A stretch of DNA of 64,000 nucleotides from Malacoraja senta (lineage: Eukaryota): contig CM075989.1 in NCBI GenBank assembly GCA_038087875.1, positions 12,772,001 to 12,836,000 of the forward strand. Reading direction: 5' to 3'. Position numbers and translations under genes: made by a program. Within the stretch, counting starts at the first letter, position 1. Each line of letters opens with the position of its first letter. The notes under the pieces were generated by a model. That model was not told where the DNA came from. It did not search any database and saw nothing but the letters and a program-made list of their open reading frames with translations. Below, piece by piece: positions 24,606-37,733 of this stretch.

Positions 24606-27600
24606 GTGAGTGAAAATGTAACTGATAATTGTACCTTGATCTTTATTAGGAAAAGGAAATACAAAATTAAATAATATGTTTGATGTTCAATCGATTCCAC
24701 AATTGTGCATCAGCAATATTGTTGACTTTACTTGATTACTGAAGCGATTTTTGTTTATTAATGGTCAGTATGATCACCTATCCCAGTTTTGTACTATTTA
24801 TTTCGGGTCTGATTCAGTCTGGACTATTCCAACACACTGTTGGATATTCTCTTTTTCCATCCTCCATAAACTTAATCCAAATATTTACTGCCCTTAAGTG
24901 AATCTAATCTGCCCCCTTCTTCAGCACCCATACCTCTGACCACATTATCCCCCTTATTGTTCAAACCTGGCGTATCTCTTTAATTTTCACCAACCCTATA
25001 ATCCTTCAGATCTCTGCACTTCAAGAATTCTCGTCTCCAGTTTAAATTTGCTTTCCCCTTCTTTAATGTCTGGGTTCCATCTTTTGACTGATCAACTATT
25101 TATGAAATAACTCTAAATCCCTTTTTTGTGTTACAGGACGTACATGATTTAAGTAGTTACTGATATCTTCTTTGCATGTCAGCATAGTTATTGTCATTTA
25201 CCATATGTTGCACTTAATTCTTAAAAATGTTAAAGACTTTTCCAGCCTTGCTATTTTACTTGAGGCTATTTCCAGATGAATCTCGCAGTAGCTGCATCAT
25301 CACCTAGAACTAGGTTCTAGTATTTTAAGATGCTAACTGATAGGCCCGTGCTTGCAATATTTTCCCCTCCTCTGGCACCAGCAAATGACTTCACCAGCCT
25401 CCCGTGGCATTTGATTTTGACCATTTTATTCGCAAGCTAGGCTTTAGTTTCAGATATAATAACCATTTGATTTAATTTTAGTGTCACAGCTTTGTTGCTC
25501 ATGCTCACAGAGCTTTGTGGCAATGAGAACAGCAATTACTCTTTTCTGTCTTTTAACTTCAGTTGTTGTTGACTGCCTTCCTAAAAACTGAGGGAGCACG
25601 GCGCAAGGTCTAGTATAATGAGAGGCCCAGTAAAGTAAATAGGAAGGAACTATATAGCTTTACAAAGGTATTATGAACGCAGGACCTAGATTTAAAGTCA
25701 TTGTTTGAACCCTTAGAGAGAGATGGGGGGGGATAAATCAACCAGAAAGTGGTAGGTTCTAGTGGTAGGGCAGAAAACCACCTCAGATTTTATCGGTATT
25801 TGAACGCATACTTGAAGAGTCCAGCTGCAGAATCAGAGATACGGTGCTTTAAAGGTGACTTTAGGCTGGGTAACTCAAAACTGAGCATAAACAAAATGGA
25901 ATAATGCCCCCTTTACTGTGTCTTATCTGTTCTGTGATTTTCAGAAATAGACCTGAGTAGCAAATGCTTCTTAACAAGCCCAGAGTTTTGGGCATATAGT
26001 TAAAATTGAAAAGTATTTTTGTTTCTCATGTAAAAAATACGTTTCAATTCATTAACAAGAGGAGCACTTCACTTCGGTCACGCAGTAAGATGGTGGCTGG
26101 AATAATATGTGCGAGTGAAGCATATTCACAACCTCACAAATGCGAGGCAATGCTTAGTGCCGGATTATTTCAAAGCATTAAAAAAAAGAGGGCAAGTTAA
26201 ATTTTTCACCGGATTTGTGATCTAATCTGATTGTGACTAACACAACTTTCTGTGTCTTCACAGGTCTTAATTACACTCTTTTATTTCAGAGTGAGTGTTA
26301 AATTTATTCTTGATCTATTGTGAGCACTTGATCTAGTCATCTATTTTCTTTCAAGTAGAAGCTTCATTTACTTGGAGAAAAAATGTCCTACCAATAATTA
26401 TTTAAATCACTTTTAAACATTAATTGTAAGGTTTTCTATGCCAGGGAGTTAGTTGCTGGTTTCAAATCCTTTTCTATCTCATATTTTAAACTGCATTGAT
26501 TTTGAAATATATGCAGTACGAAGGTTATGAACTACAACTAAAGCCTTCTAGTAATCGTTCTGTATAATGTTATGAAGTTATCTAATGCTTGTTGTCATGC
26601 TAGTAATCACAAAGCTCCTCTTGAGTCGGTGCCTCTGATAGCATGGATAACATGCATTCGTTCATCTCACAATTCATTCTGTGTACGGACTAAAATGGAA
26701 TTTTAATCATTCTTGATCATATTGAGCACAAGCAAAAATTAAAATCAATGCAAGTGTTTTACTGGTGGGAAAACTCTTCTATTATAAATTGTGATATATG
26801 GGTTTTTTGCTCCTTCCCTCCCACCAGCCTTATCCCCATTCTCACTTTGCGTGACTTTGGTGACAAAAAGGACTATTATTATTTTGGATCATGTGTCTAT
26901 TTGCTAACCCAAGGAATTGATAACAAGCAGCAAGCAGCGATGCAGGAGAAGAAAGTTAGGAGAAATTAAGAGTCAAGAATATTTAATTGTCATATGCACA
27001 GGACTGGAACAATGAAATTCTTATTAGCTGCAGATTTAAAGGCACATTAATGCAACAACAGAACAAATAAATATACCATAAATTATTAGCTATTCCAGAT
27101 AAAGCAAATGCAAAACAACTCCAAGTTCCTTTTATAGAGCTGAATGAGAAATGTAAAGAGATATTAACCAAAGATGCAGTGAGATTGAAACCGACTGGTG
27201 AAAAAATATTACTCTCATACATGAATTGCAGTTATACCAGACACACACTAATCTCACTTGCAATATACATTGGTAAGGGAAGGAGTGTGGAAGACAAAGA
27301 GAGACCACACACTGATATCCACATAAATCTATCTTTACCAAATTCCTCAAAATATTTGTTATGTTTCTCCTGCTTGAAAGGAAATGTAACTTGCATAACA
27401 GTATCCTCATCACAGCTATGAGTAGGCAGTGGTTTCCCTGCAGACTTTCCCAAAGGTGGATCCTGGACAAAATGGCTTACCAAATTTACCAACCACAACT
27501 AAAGTAAAATAAAGTTTGGTAGAATTGCAGTAGTTCAGAGGAGTCACAGGTTAAGTTATTTTTCTATGACAGGCATTCCTGTCGCCATCACAATTTTAGA

Positions 27601-27727
27601 GTCCGTGATGCTACATTTTACTATTAGAACAAGCAGATTATTAAAATAGAAATTATACATTGTCATTTTCTTTGGTAAACTAACAAATGCATTCAGAATT
27701 GATAAGTGTTTATTTTCCAATTAACAG

Positions 27728-27884
27728 CTGAAAAGCATTCACTTGTTCACACCCTGCGGGATGAGGGCGACTTATTTAACAAGGATTTTCTAGACAGCAT
27801 TGTTAGAAGCATTCAGATGAACGACATCTATAAACCAATGAGTAAACTTCTGGATGTATTGAGCATCAAAGGTAAACGACAAAG
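27728..27884 (+). CDS. DENND4A: DENND4A coding exon (157 nt, phase 1-2)
   Basis: FNKDFLDSIVRSIQMNDIYKPMS...KRQR. Boundaries aacag| and AG|gtaaga. Confidence 0.9.
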
Positions 27885-28247
27885 GTAAGAATGGAGCTAT
27901 TTAAACATAGTGGCCCACTCACAATTCACCTTTTATATTTCAAGCACAGAGGATACCTTTTTCACATTTCAAGTTTCCAGTGCAATTAATTCTACTTCAA
28001 CTCTTGGTCTTCATGACATGTTAATTGGTTCTGATTCCGATGCTGAGTTATGTCCTGGGGATTATGTGGGTGTGAGGGACTCTGGTCTTCTCTTTCTCGA
28101 ACATTGTTCTCTGTCATGCATGAAGTCATTTTATAATTCACCCTAAATAGTGATATAAGGTAAGAATTGATTTAGAAAAATATTTAACAAGAAGTTGCAG
28201 GATAATTTTTTGCCATTTTTTAATTTGTTTTAATTTCTTCTTTGAAG

Positions 28248-28312
28248 GAGTCTCTACAGGGAAATTCTGTTCCTTTCGCTTGTGGCTCTTGGGAAGGACA
28301 ACATAGATATAG
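28248..28312 (+). CDS. DENND4A: DENND4A coding exon (65 nt, phase 2-1)
   Basis: SLYREILFLSLVALGKDNIDI. Boundaries gaag| and G|gtaatg. Confidence 0.95.
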
Positions 28313-29079
28313 GTAATGTTTCTTACAGTGTTTAAGATTTTTAAAACTGATCATTAAGAACCAAAAATATTCAGTGCCCTATGCAAACCATGGAAAGGTT
28401 ATCAGTACTCCCATGTAAACTCAATTGATGCTAATCTGTTAATCTTTTCATAATTAGATAATCTGTTTTGACCTAATTACACTAGGTTAACTGATATGTG
28501 TCAGTACTTCAGAAGAGCCATTGGTGCTTGTCAGAGAAAGCATGGCAATTTTATTCACCAGTGAATTAAATAACTAAGGTCAAATACTTAATCGCAAGTA
28601 ATGTAAGAGGAAACCCGCAGACTGTTATCATCAATTTCTGAATAACATCTCTAACGGAGAATAAAATGACTGAGGATGGTACAGATATGGCTAATTTACC
28701 TATAATTCTGCAATTCCTTTCAGCTTTATGAAGGTTGGTCCTTCTGACTGACATAGACAAAAATCCATTGTTAAAAAATGTTTTTGTAAACCCATATTCT
28801 GTGTAAGTGGAATACATCACACCAGGGCACTTAAAGATGACACAAGTTATGCTGATTAAAACTGTCATAGCACAATGTCTTTCTGTGGAACAATGCATCT
28901 TTTGACCTTTCCTTACCCTCTCTTCTCCTTTCCTTTGCCTTCCTCTCCCTTCCTGAATACCAGTGAAGAGGTGGGTGTTGTCTCTGAGTCGTATGGACTC
29001 TTTTTGACCTGAAAGGGATGTTAGCCAGTGTAACTTACTGCATCAGCGAAAACGAAGCCTTAACGCAAAGATGAAGCTA

Positions 29080-30200
29080 ATGGTTTAATTATCATGTACA
29101 CAAGGAATAGAACGAAGAATTTCTTTCTTGCTACAGCTTTACAGACACATTAACACAGCAGTAGAACAAGTAAATATGCAATAATTCAATAAGTTAGCAG
29201 TTATTACTAGGTAACCAGACATGAATAGAGAGATACAAAGTATATAGTGCAACCTATGCAAAGTCCATAGTCATAGTCATTGCGAGATAGCGATGTGGTT
29301 GGGGTTGTGCTTTGTGGTTTAAGAACCTGATGGTTGGAGAAGTTCCAGAAGGAACTGTTCTGGAGGTCACGGTTCTCAGGCTCCTATACCTTCATACCGA
29401 TGGTACTAATGAGATGAGAGCGTGGCCAGGGTGGTGTAGATCTTTGATGATATTAGCTGCCTTGTTGAGGCAATGTTTCCTGTAGATCCCTTCAGTGTTG
29501 GGGAGATCAGTACCTATGTTGGACCAGGCAACATCCACCAATTTATGCAGCTTCCTCCTTTCTTGGGCTATTGAGTTACTGAACCAGGCCATGATGCAAC
29601 CCATCCATATACTTTCTAATATACACATGAGGAAGCTCAATAGAGTTTTCAGCAACATGCCACATGTCCTCAACTTCTGAAGAAGTGGAGGCGTGATGAA
29701 TGTGATTGCATCAATGTGTTGGGCACAGGATATAGATCTAAAGAGATGTGCACACCCAGGATCTTGAATGTGGTGGCACTTTCCACTGCCATCCCATCGA
29801 TGAACACAGGTTCATGAATCCTGTACATTCTCTTCTTGAAGAACAATCAGCTCCTTGATCTTGTTAATATGAAGATAAAGATTGTTGTTCTGACACCATT
29901 CAATCAAATTATCTAAATCCCTACTCCTCCCCCCCCCCCCCCCCCATATACTCTGACTCATCATTATCGGTTATTCATCCACCAATGGTGGTATTGTCGA
30001 GGTATTTAAAAAATGGCATTGGAGCTGCGTCTGGCTACAGAGTCATGGGTATAGAGCAAGTAGACAACGGACTGAGCATGCAGCCTTGTGGTGTCCGTGT
30101 GCTTGCTGGTGGTCAGAGAGGAGGATAATTCGTACTGATCGTGGTCTGGCGATGAGGAAGTCAAGGATACAATTACATGGGAATGAACAGAGAACCAGTT
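29080..30200 (-). mobile_element. Rex1/Babar-type LINE 3' fragment
   Basis: ORF 29392..29673 (GCIMAWFSN...AANIIKDLHHPGHALISLVPS) is homologous to ORF 53953..54489. Confidence 0.8.
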
Positions 30201-30439
30201 CTAATTATACACTAGAAAGGTAAGCCTCATGATGGCTTAATAAATATGCTCTGTTCGTTAAAACATTAAAGCCACATAAAGTTGTTAATGTGAGAGGAGA
30301 ATGTGCAATGTGTATCTCCAGACTACTGTGTAAGGTGAAAGGAGTGCCATTTGATTTAAATATTTTGTCTTATTTTTAGTTCAACCTTTCTTAATGTTAA
30401 TGTAATGTTTCTCTTGTCTATTTTCTGTTTTTTAAACAG

Positions 30440-30576
30440 ATGCTTTTGACCGAGAGTATAAGATGGCATATGATCAGCTGACTCCCAGCCAGGTGAAACT
30501 GACCCAGAATTGCGACCGGCCTCCCAGCTCTGGTGTTATGGAGTGTCGCAGGATCTTTGGGGAACCCTACCTCTAA
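30440..30576 (+). CDS. DENND4A: DENND4A last coding exon (to stop)
   Basis: [45 protein letters not shown], a C-terminus matching DENND4A rather than 4B or 4C. Confidence 0.97.
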
Positions 30577-31690
30577 GAGTCCTATTGATATTACCCTCAA
30601 TGAAGGCGCACATCAGTTTGTGTTCATCCTCTGCACTGCTCGTGTTCTTTGGAATTTCAGTTCTTGGAGTCTCTAAACTTAACAATGTTAAATTATGACG
30701 AATGATTTGTCATTTTAAGACTGGGAATTATACAGAGAGTAAGATCAAATGGAAAGCATTGTAAATATAATTGAAGGTCATTTAAATATCTTTGTATTAT
30801 AGTGCTATTGGTCAGGTTAATAAAAAATATTGCATCGATGCTAGAGGGCTTGGCTCTCGAAAGTAAGCTACTATGTACATAATAGCCCTGGCTACTGTTG
30901 CATCTCATTGTCTGTTACCCGTATAGCTTTTAGGAGTACTTTTGGTCTAAAGTGTAAAAATGTTCATAAAAGAGAAATGTGAACTGGAGGCATAGTGTAA
31001 AAGTGACAAGGCTTTCACGTTATTACAAAGTACTTTTCAGTATTTGTATATTTAAATAACAAGATCTTTTGCTGATATCAATCTTTATATACACATATTA
31101 TATAGTTCTAAGTATGGTTGATATAATATATATAATAATGCGGTGCAATATGTTCCAGTTAGAATATGCTTTGCAGTTTTTGCGGTAGCTGGCCATCTGA
31201 GAGAACTCACTTCGACCTACTGAATTCTTATCTGCTAAGGAAAGGAAGAAGTAACGGCATGAGAAGGACGTGCAGCTGTATTACTGAAGGGTCAGAGCGG
31301 TATGCTGCCTGTATAAACTATATTTGTCAGGGCTAAGTTCAAAGGACTTTGATATCAGAGCTAATATGCAATCTCTTTTTATGTTTAAAGTCAATTTCCT
31401 AAGGGAAAAGTTACTGTATTTATTAGCTTATTAAATAACACTTGAATGATATTACTATCGGATTTGTGAATATGAAAATCCACCAAAAGTGATGTCTAAT
31501 AGAATATTTTTATGCTGCAATGTTCTTGTCTAACAGCAACGCTTTGTTAAACAATACAGTTTTATATGTTCTAGATCAGTCCTGGAGGCTAAAGGCAGTT
31601 CAACCCTGTAGTTTCTTTAAGAAGAAAACTTCTGTATAAAAAGTTTTCTAAACCTGTCCCTTTGAAAAATAAATTGACAAAATACAGCCA
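30577..31690 (+). promoter_or_regulatory. DENND4A: DENND4A 3' UTR with candidate poly(A) signals and Pumilio/miRNA sites
   Basis: AT-rich with no recognised repeats. AATAAA at 30819-30824 and 31668-31673, TGTAAATA at 30760, TGTACATA at 30874, GTGCAATA at 31143. The 3' end is uncertain. Confidence 0.55.
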
Positions 31691-31934
31691 CGCTTCCTTA
31701 GACGAGTCTTATTGTTACTACAACCAGTCAAGTTTGTCCAAACTTCATCTCACACCAATCAGCAGCTGTAATCTATGCATGAGAATCAGGATTTGTGTGC
31801 AGCACTGCTCCAAACGATGGATACATTTTGCTGATTTTCTATCATCTACTTCATTTAATATTAATTTTGGCTCAAGGTTAGCAGTGACCACGGCCCACCC
31901 CAGAGGTATATGGTCACACTGATCTGTTCTGTAT

Positions 31935-32042
31935 TTATTTATGCCTACTATATTCTGTTGTGCTGAAGCAAAGCAAGAATTGCATTGTCCTATCTGGGAC
32001 ACATGACAATAAACTCTCTTGAATCTTGAGTCTTGTATCTTG
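31935..32042 (+). mobile_element. Rex1-type 3' tail fragment
   Basis: Almost identical to 54580-54677 (atgcctacta...gaagcaaagcaagaatt...gacacatgacaataaact). Confidence 0.8.
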
Positions 32043-32425
32043 ATTGAGCATAAATCCCAGGCAATGGCTGAAGCAACTGGAGTCAGAACATTTGGTAAAA
32101 TCTACCTTAATAGATACAAGGCCAGTGCACCACTTGTACAAATTGAGTGCTGAAATGTTTTAAATGCATTAAATATTTGATAGGTCGGTGCTTGTTTAAA
32201 TTCTAAGATAAAGAAAGTCCGTCCAGTCCACCACCATTATCCTGATCAGTGCAGCACTAATGGAGTTGTTGGGTAGTAGCGCCAATCATGTAAGGCAGGG
32301 CAGGCTCAAGGGGCCTCTCATGAAAGTAAATATTACCACAGGAGCCAAAATGTTAGATATTAATGAGAATCTCATTGTTGTCAGTTGAAGAAACTGATTA
32401 ATACTTTCCATGTTTCAGTGACTTA

Positions 32426-33991
32426 CAGTGCATTCAGAAAGTATTCAGACCCCTTCACTTTTTTCACATTTTGTTACGTTACAGCCTTCTTTAAAAATGG
32501 ATTAAATTCATTTTTTATCATCAATCTACACACAATACCCCAGAATGAAGAAGTGAAAACTGGTGTATAGAAATTTTTGCAAAGTAATTAAAAATAAATA
32601 ACATAAATATCACATTTACATAAGTTTGCCATGACACTCAAAATTGAGCTTAGTTTCATCCTGTTTCCATTGATTATCCTAGAGATGTTTCTATAACTTG
32701 ATTGAAGTCAACCAGTGGTAAATTAAATTGATTGGACATGATTTGGAAAGGCACACACCTGTCTATATACGGTCCCACAGTTGACAGTGAATGTCAGAGC
32801 AAAAACCAAGCCATGAAGAAGAAGGAATTGTCCGTAGACTTCCGAGACAGGATTGTGTCGAGAGACAGATCTGGGGAAGGGTATAAAACAATTTCGGCAG
32901 AATTTCAGGTCCCGAAGAGCTCAGTGGCATTCCGTCATTCTTAAATGCCTTCAGAAATTTGGAACAACCAGGACTCTTCATAGAGCTGGCTGCCCAGCCA
33001 AACTGAGCAATCGTGGGAGAAGGGCCTTGGTCAGGGAGGTGACCAAGATCCTGATGGTCACTCTGACAGAGCTCCAGAGTTCCTCTGTGGAGATGGGAGA
33101 ACCTTCCAGAAGGAGAACTATATCTGCAGCACTCCACCAATCAGGCCTTTATGGTAGAGTGGCCAGACGGAAGCCACTCCTCAGTAAAAGGCACATGACA
33201 GCCGAAAGGCATGAGAAACAAAATTCTCTGGTCTGATGAAACCAAGATTGAACTCTTTGGCCTGAATGCAGGCACCGCTCATCACCTGGCCAATACCTTA
33301 CCTACGGTGAAGCATGGTGGTGGCAGCATCATGCTGTGGGGATGTTTTTAGGCGGCAGGAACTGGGAGACTAGTCTGGATCGAGGGAAAGATGAACGGAG
33401 CAAAGTACAGAGGGATCCTTGATGAAAACCTGCTCCAGAGCGTTCTGGACCTCAGACTGGGACGGAGGTTGACCTTTTAACAGGACAACGACCCTAAGCA
33501 CACAACCAAGACAATGCAGGAGTGGCTTTGTGACAAATCTGTGAATGTCCTTGAGTGGCCCAGCCAGAGCCCGGACTTGAACCCGATTGAAGATCTCTGG
33601 AGGGAACTGAAAATAGCTGTGCATCAACGCTCCCCAACCAACCTGACCGAGCTTGAGAGGATCTGCAGAGAAGAATGGGAGAAATTACCCAAATACAGGT
33701 GTGCCAAGCTTGTAGCATCATACCCAAGAAGACTTGAAGCTTTAATCGCTGCCAAAGGTGCCTCAACAAAGTACTGAGTAAAGGGACTGAATGTTTATGT
33801 ACATGTGATATTTCAGTAATTTATTTTTAATTACTTTGCAAACATTTCTAGACATTTTTTTTTGCTTTTTTATTATGGGGTGTTGTGCGTAGATTGATGC
33901 TAAAAAAAGAATTTAATCCATTTTAAAATATGGCTGTAACGTAACAAAATGTGGAAAAGTGAAGGGGTCTGAATACTTTCTGAATGCACTG
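32426..33991 (+). mobile_element. Tc1-like (DD34E) DNA transposon, near full length, defective transposase
   Basis: TA TSDs at 32424-25 and 33992-93; ~200-bp TIRs beginning CAGTGCATTCAGAAAGTATTCAGACCCC. The transposase remnant at 32814-33777 has WSDETK, QDNDPKH and SPDLNPIE with 34 residues between D and E. It carries frameshifts, short deletions and stops. Confidence 0.95.
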
Positions 33992-35801
33992 TATTAAATC
34001 TCAGTGACTCTCAATGACTGCAAGCTTCTAGGCAATGCTTTATTTCTGTATTGTTAAATCACCCTTTTTTAAACACATAAGCTATTCACTTAGTTTTAAG
34101 TTGATTTCTTTTTAATGCTATTCAATCCATGAAGGGCCTTCTTCATTTAAATTATTTTACCCATCCTTGCTATCCTGATGCTTTGATAAAATAATTGTAG
34201 AGGAATAAGTAATCCTTTCTGCAGCTGAAAATAAAAAATATTTTGATGTAATGCCTGCAAAGATAAAGACCACAGGACAATGATTCCAAGATGCATTAGA
34301 CTTGAAACTGTTTAATTGCACTGATGTCTTCAGTTCTACTTGTGCCCGCTGAGGCCGCAAGCCCTGCTTGAAAAGCATTGCAGTCGCAGAGTATGGAGCT
34401 GACAAATGTACTCAAGGTGCTGACTGATAATATGGATGTGGCACTAATGGACTGGAAGGGGTCCAAACAAGAAATAACAGAATTAGTCAAAGGTACAAGT
34501 AAAGATTGCTCATAAAATTAAATAAAACTCAAATGCTGGAACTCTAAAATGAAGACAATTCTGGAAATAATCAGCCAGTTAGACGTGGGAAGAAAAAACA
34601 AAGCTAAAGTTTCAAATCATCCTACAACTTTAACTGTTTCTCTTTCCAAAGATTGCTCAGGGCTAAGTATGCTCCAGAGAAACTTTTAGGGATTGTAAGT
34701 ACTAACTACCCATTTAACTGTGACAAAAGAAGAGGTGTAATGGAAAATCAACATTTATTGAGAATGTGGAGTTCACTGCGTTTATCTTTGCATTAAATAT
34801 CCTTTGTTTGTACACACATGCCACTAGCGTTCCTGTTTTAAATTTCTATGTCGATTTATGTTGAAAACAAAATAGATGAATTGCACTTCACCCAAAGTTA
34901 AGTTGTTATAGTTTCAAATCTAAAGGAAGAACTGAATGGTATGACATGATCTTGTGGAATAGTTCTGGTATAAGTGTGAATATAATTCAGTTCCCATTTT
35001 AAAGTCAAATTTGTTTAAGTGAGCTCCTCAAATGCATCACCCCAATATGGAACATTATTGGAGATCCATGCGTGTTTGAAAGTTGAAACCTGCAAATATT
35101 GGAAAACTGAAATAAAAACAGATTGCTAGAGATGATCGTCAGGTCAGGGCAACTTCCATGAAGAGTGCAAGTTCACTCCATCCTATCTGTCAGAAATGGC
35201 ACTAGCTAGGTGGTCCTTCAGGTACTGATGTAAATGATCAACCTGAAACATTAACTCTGCCTCTTTTTCCACAGATGATGCCTGACTGCTGAGTACAGGT
35301 AGGTCTGTTGTAAAGCATGTTTCCATAACACAAATTAGACATAACGAGTGATGAATTAGGGGGCTGAATTGGTTATAACGTAATTTAAATTGGGAACTCG
35401 AGAGCCATTTAAAAGTTACTTTGGAAATCAACAAGCATGAAAATGTTGCCTTGGATTTAAAAAGTATTGGAATAACCTGTTTCCATGTAATCTCCCCACA
35501 GTAATCAGACACCATTCTCTCAAGAACATAACTGCTACGTTAACTGTGGGAGGCCATTGAAATTGACAGGCAATCACTTCTATTGACACTTGTGCAATGC
35601 TCTCTATTAAAAAATGTTGCATACAGTCTTTAGTATTTCTAGCTTGCAGTTACAAAAATAAACCCTTATTGCTATTGAAGAGATCTTTATTGGTGAAAAT
35701 CCTGCAGAAAAAATAACTTTGTTATTGTGAGCCTAACAATAGGCTAGCCCCTCACTTTTTCCTCCATTGACACAATTGTTTTTAACACGTGTTTCTATAA
35801 A

Positions 35802-35806
<5 letters not shown>

Positions 35807-35836
<30 letters not shown>
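35807..35836. repeat. (TA)n microsatellite
   Basis: Visible dinucleotide run. Confidence 0.9.
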
Positions 35837-35838
<2 letters not shown>

Positions 35839-37733
35839 CGTATATAATTTTATGACAACTGCCATGTGTTCACTGAGTAATCACAAAATGGTATTTTGAG
35901 GCAACCATCACCACTTATTTAAAAATAGGTTTATTATCTGATATTGCCATAGATGTTATCAATGGTATAATCAATCTTTTTCATATATTAAATGTTTTAT
36001 TCCAAGAATATTTCCCAGTCATTCTGGCAATCTTCTTCAGACCACCCAACCATCTTCTACACAATACAGTATGTGTAGCGTTTTAAATGCGAGTGAAATC
36101 TTAGTAAAAGCTGTACATTGAGCTTAATTATTACACACATATAAATTTAAATATCCAGCTTCTCCTTCCGTTTCGTGAAACAGATCAAGTGGTTGGGGCA
36201 CTGCTTTTTTGCTTTTTCTTCCCGACCCAAAGTGTCATCTATTCATTCCCTCCACAGATGCTGCCTGACCCGCTGAGTTCCTCTAGCACTTTTTTTGCTC
36301 GAGATTCCAACATCTGAAAGTTCTGAGATTTTCTTTTGCTCAGTAACTCAAAGTGCCGACTTCAGTATACTTACATTTTTATTTATATTCTCTCTTGGCT
36401 CTCCCAACATAATACAGTCTGGAAGAACTGTATAGCCCTGACTACCACCGTCCCCTCATCAAAACGACAGACTACCACGACCTTTAGTTTAGAGTGTAAG
36501 TAAACATGTTACATTTCAGAATATTTCTACAATATCTGTATCTACAGAGAGCATTGACTTTTTTTCTGTTACCTTTATGCTGTTAAAAGCATGGAGCAAA
36601 TTTGAGGAAGTTTTCTCCCCTCCTAGAATCCATGGAAAGCTCAATATTTCTCATTGCACAACCACCTAATTAGTTTCACTGATTGTTGCTCAGAATGCCA
36701 GAGTAAACTCATCCTCTGCAGCAAAAAGCATTATCAATGGTCACATCTCCATTGCAATTATATCAGAAGAATTCAAAACAATCCTTCAAGTGCATAAATG
36801 AAATAAAAATTAGAACAGGGCCATATAGCAGTGGGATGACGAAGGGAAAGTATGGAATTCCCCAAAGACGGATTGTTGCTTATGGTGTCAAAGGATGTTG
36901 AAGCACAGAAAGGTACATGGATTTGAGGTATAGTTCGTCATTGGCTATTAAATGGCAGAATGCTCTCGAGGGGCTGAATGGATTCTGTTCCTATGTTCTA
37001 GTTTATGTGAGGCATACTGTGAAACAGAGCAAATGAAAATGAGGTGCAGTCAGGAATGAGATAATTTTAAACAATCTTTAATTTTCTATATGAAAATAGT
37101 TTGTGTTTAAATTTCAAAGGAACTTGTGAGTCCTTGTATAATGAGATAATCTCTGTTCAATTATTTATTTGCTTGATGGAACTTTTTAGAGGAAATTGTA
37201 TCATTTGAGATCCAATTTGGAGGGAATTTAGTAAGAAAATATTTCTCTTTAATCAGATTTGGGAGAATGGAGGAGCACCAAACAGTCTGTTGTCATCACC
37301 TCCATTTCTACACACTGTATTTTCATCTTTGACACCCTCCATTCTGGTTGTAATACTAAATTAGACTCAAGGACACCTATCTCAAGTGACAAAATCCTAA
37401 TAGGAACAATTTTTTTTGTCACCTTTTGCATCAATAACCAACTTGGTTGGCAAAAATATTTGCTTCTATGCTGTGTTTATTGCTACACATTGACAAATTT
37501 GTATGATGCAGATAGTGGCATATTGAAATATTGAAACGGCTGTGTAAGAGGTGCTTTGCAGGCGGCCAGTATTGGAACGGATATCCTAGAACCTATGGGT
37601 TCTGCCTTTATAACTATTCAAACGTGAGGTTATTGGAGTACACACTCAATGGTTACTGCGTGTCTATCTCCTCTTGTGATGTCTTTGAGCCTCTTTCTAA
37701 AACAATACTGATTTGTTTAAAAGATATTCCATA

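Noticed and set aside
32814-33777. Active or domesticated Tc1 transposase
   Set aside because: Frameshifts, internal deletions and an in-frame TAA just before QDNDPKH.
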